DNA of 64,000 nucleotides from the human T2T-CHM13v2.0 reference genome, Homo sapiens, in NCBI RefSeq assembly GCF_009914755.1, contig NC_060938.1; one strand, 5' to 3'. The translations under genes were made by a program, and so were the position numbers. A model generated the notes under the pieces. It was given only the letters and a program-made list of their open reading frames with translations. It had not been told where the DNA came from and did no database searches. Positions 62,391 to 64,000 of the stretch are shown here, one piece after another; the first letter of the stretch is position 1, and every line of letters starts with the position of its first letter.

Positions 62391-64000
62391 TTTAATTTAA
62401 GCAGTATGTGAACTTGATGTCCAAATGAGGTAATAATTAATGACTTCCAAGAGGATGGGTATCTAAAACAAAAAGTAACCTGCTACAATTCCTCTACCAG
62501 TGTTTGTTATAACCAAATTTTGCATTAAGAAAGATAAAATAGTTCTCAGATTAGGATATATATGCATAAATATGCACATATATATATATGTTTTTATGTA
62601 CATATAATGGTCAGTTATTATAAAAATCTGATCATAAGCCATGAGTGAAAATAATGAGAATAATGAGATCTGGCATTGATTTGGGGAAATCTTGGGCAAA
62701 TGATAAAAAGAAACTGGTCAGTTCTTCACATTCTTCATAGGGAATGAATAGTGATGGTTTTTTCTGTTATTCACTAACCCCTGTTTATCTGAGAGATAAA
62801 TTAATCAGAGTAAGGGATGGCAGGACACGAAGAGTGCTCTACTGTTCCTTTACTGATTGCTAGCTTTGCCATTAACCACCTAATCCAAGGTACAGGGAGC
62901 TAGGAGAGGGTTTTACTACAGCAGAAGAGCAGATCTAGCCAGAAACAGACCATGAAACAAACAAGCAAACAGAAAAGCAAACACTCCCTATGGCAAGATG
63001 AAAAACTGAAACATAGACAACCCCCTTTACTGTCTCACTCCATCAGTGTCTTATTCTCAAGAATTGATTAGTCAGATCTCTCTGGGAAAGTAGCTGTAGT
63101 CAGGAGTAGAGGGGTAGTTTAAATCTTGTAGCCCAGGAAACCTGCCTTGCCTTTCCTGATGCTTGGGTCAGTCTTGAACAGGCAAAGAGCACTTTGTGGA
63201 GTGAATGATGGCAACTGGAATGAAGGAGACTCATCATCTCTAGCCAGTGTAATTCAGCTTTGCATTTTCAGTTTTCTCTGATCCTCTTTTTATTTGTAAG
63301 CACTGGCATAATAACACCACTGGAGAGATAAGATGAGAACTATTATAGAGGTTATCATTGTGAAGTATTTTCAAGGATATTAGAATGTAAGATTTTCTAC
63401 CTGTAATCAAGTATAACTGTTAACTTATCACCAGTGCTGAACTATACACAAAATAAAGAGATGGATAAATATTATGATTCGCCAGCAGTTGTGTGCATGG
63501 AAAGTATCTCTTGGCATTAGGCTGTCTAATGTAAGATACTGAATTTTTTCCTAGAAATCTCCTGCTAGGCAGCTGCTTCTAATTTCTAATTCATTATGTT
63601 AAGCTGCTTCAAATGCCTCTGTGGGGTTGAGGGAGAATTTATTTTCCCCTTCCATCATTTCATGTCTTTTGTAGTAAGCTCAGGGCTTCCAGAAAAAAAA
63701 AAAAAAAAAACTGTCATCAACAATAAACAGTAAAGAGGTATGAACTCCAGCATATTACTTAGTATTATTATGCATTGAACTTTCTGCTGTGTCTTGTGTG
63801 AAGAGGACAGAGGACAAAATACAGACAGTGATGCATATGCACAACACACTAAATGAATTGCTGAGAAAATGATGAAAATCTATGAGATCTGTTTTGATTG
63901 CATCCTTGGGATCTGGGTAATTCTGTAGTCATTAAGGCCAGCAGATCCCATATTCAGGTTCTGGAGATTTTTATAAAGTATAGATCATTTTCACTATAAC

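Overview
Primate (human or great-ape-type) genomic DNA, shown by Alu, LTR12 and THE1/MST elements, lying inside the neurexin-3 gene (NRXN3) on the + strand. Only two coding exons are present. The first is a 172-nt constitutive LNS6-domain exon (31826-31997, [58 protein letters not shown]). The second is the 90-nt alternatively spliced SS4/AS4 cassette exon (60228-60317, [31 protein letters not shown]). A 28,230-nt intron separates them. The rest is AT-rich intron with Alu, MIR, L1, L2, CR1/L3, MaLR/ERV LTRs and hAT MER elements. None of the supplied six-frame ORFs looks like a real gene. I cannot support a wholly new biological system. The best leads are unannotated-looking splicing features: an in-frame upstream acceptor for SS4, an interleaved YCAY/UWAA array after SS4, a candidate recursive splice site, UG-repeat-guarded cryptic donors, a duplication-born GTAAGT donor, and an inverted THE1/MST pair just upstream of the LNS6 exon. 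Repeat subfamily names and boundaries come from recalled consensus sequences and are approximate.
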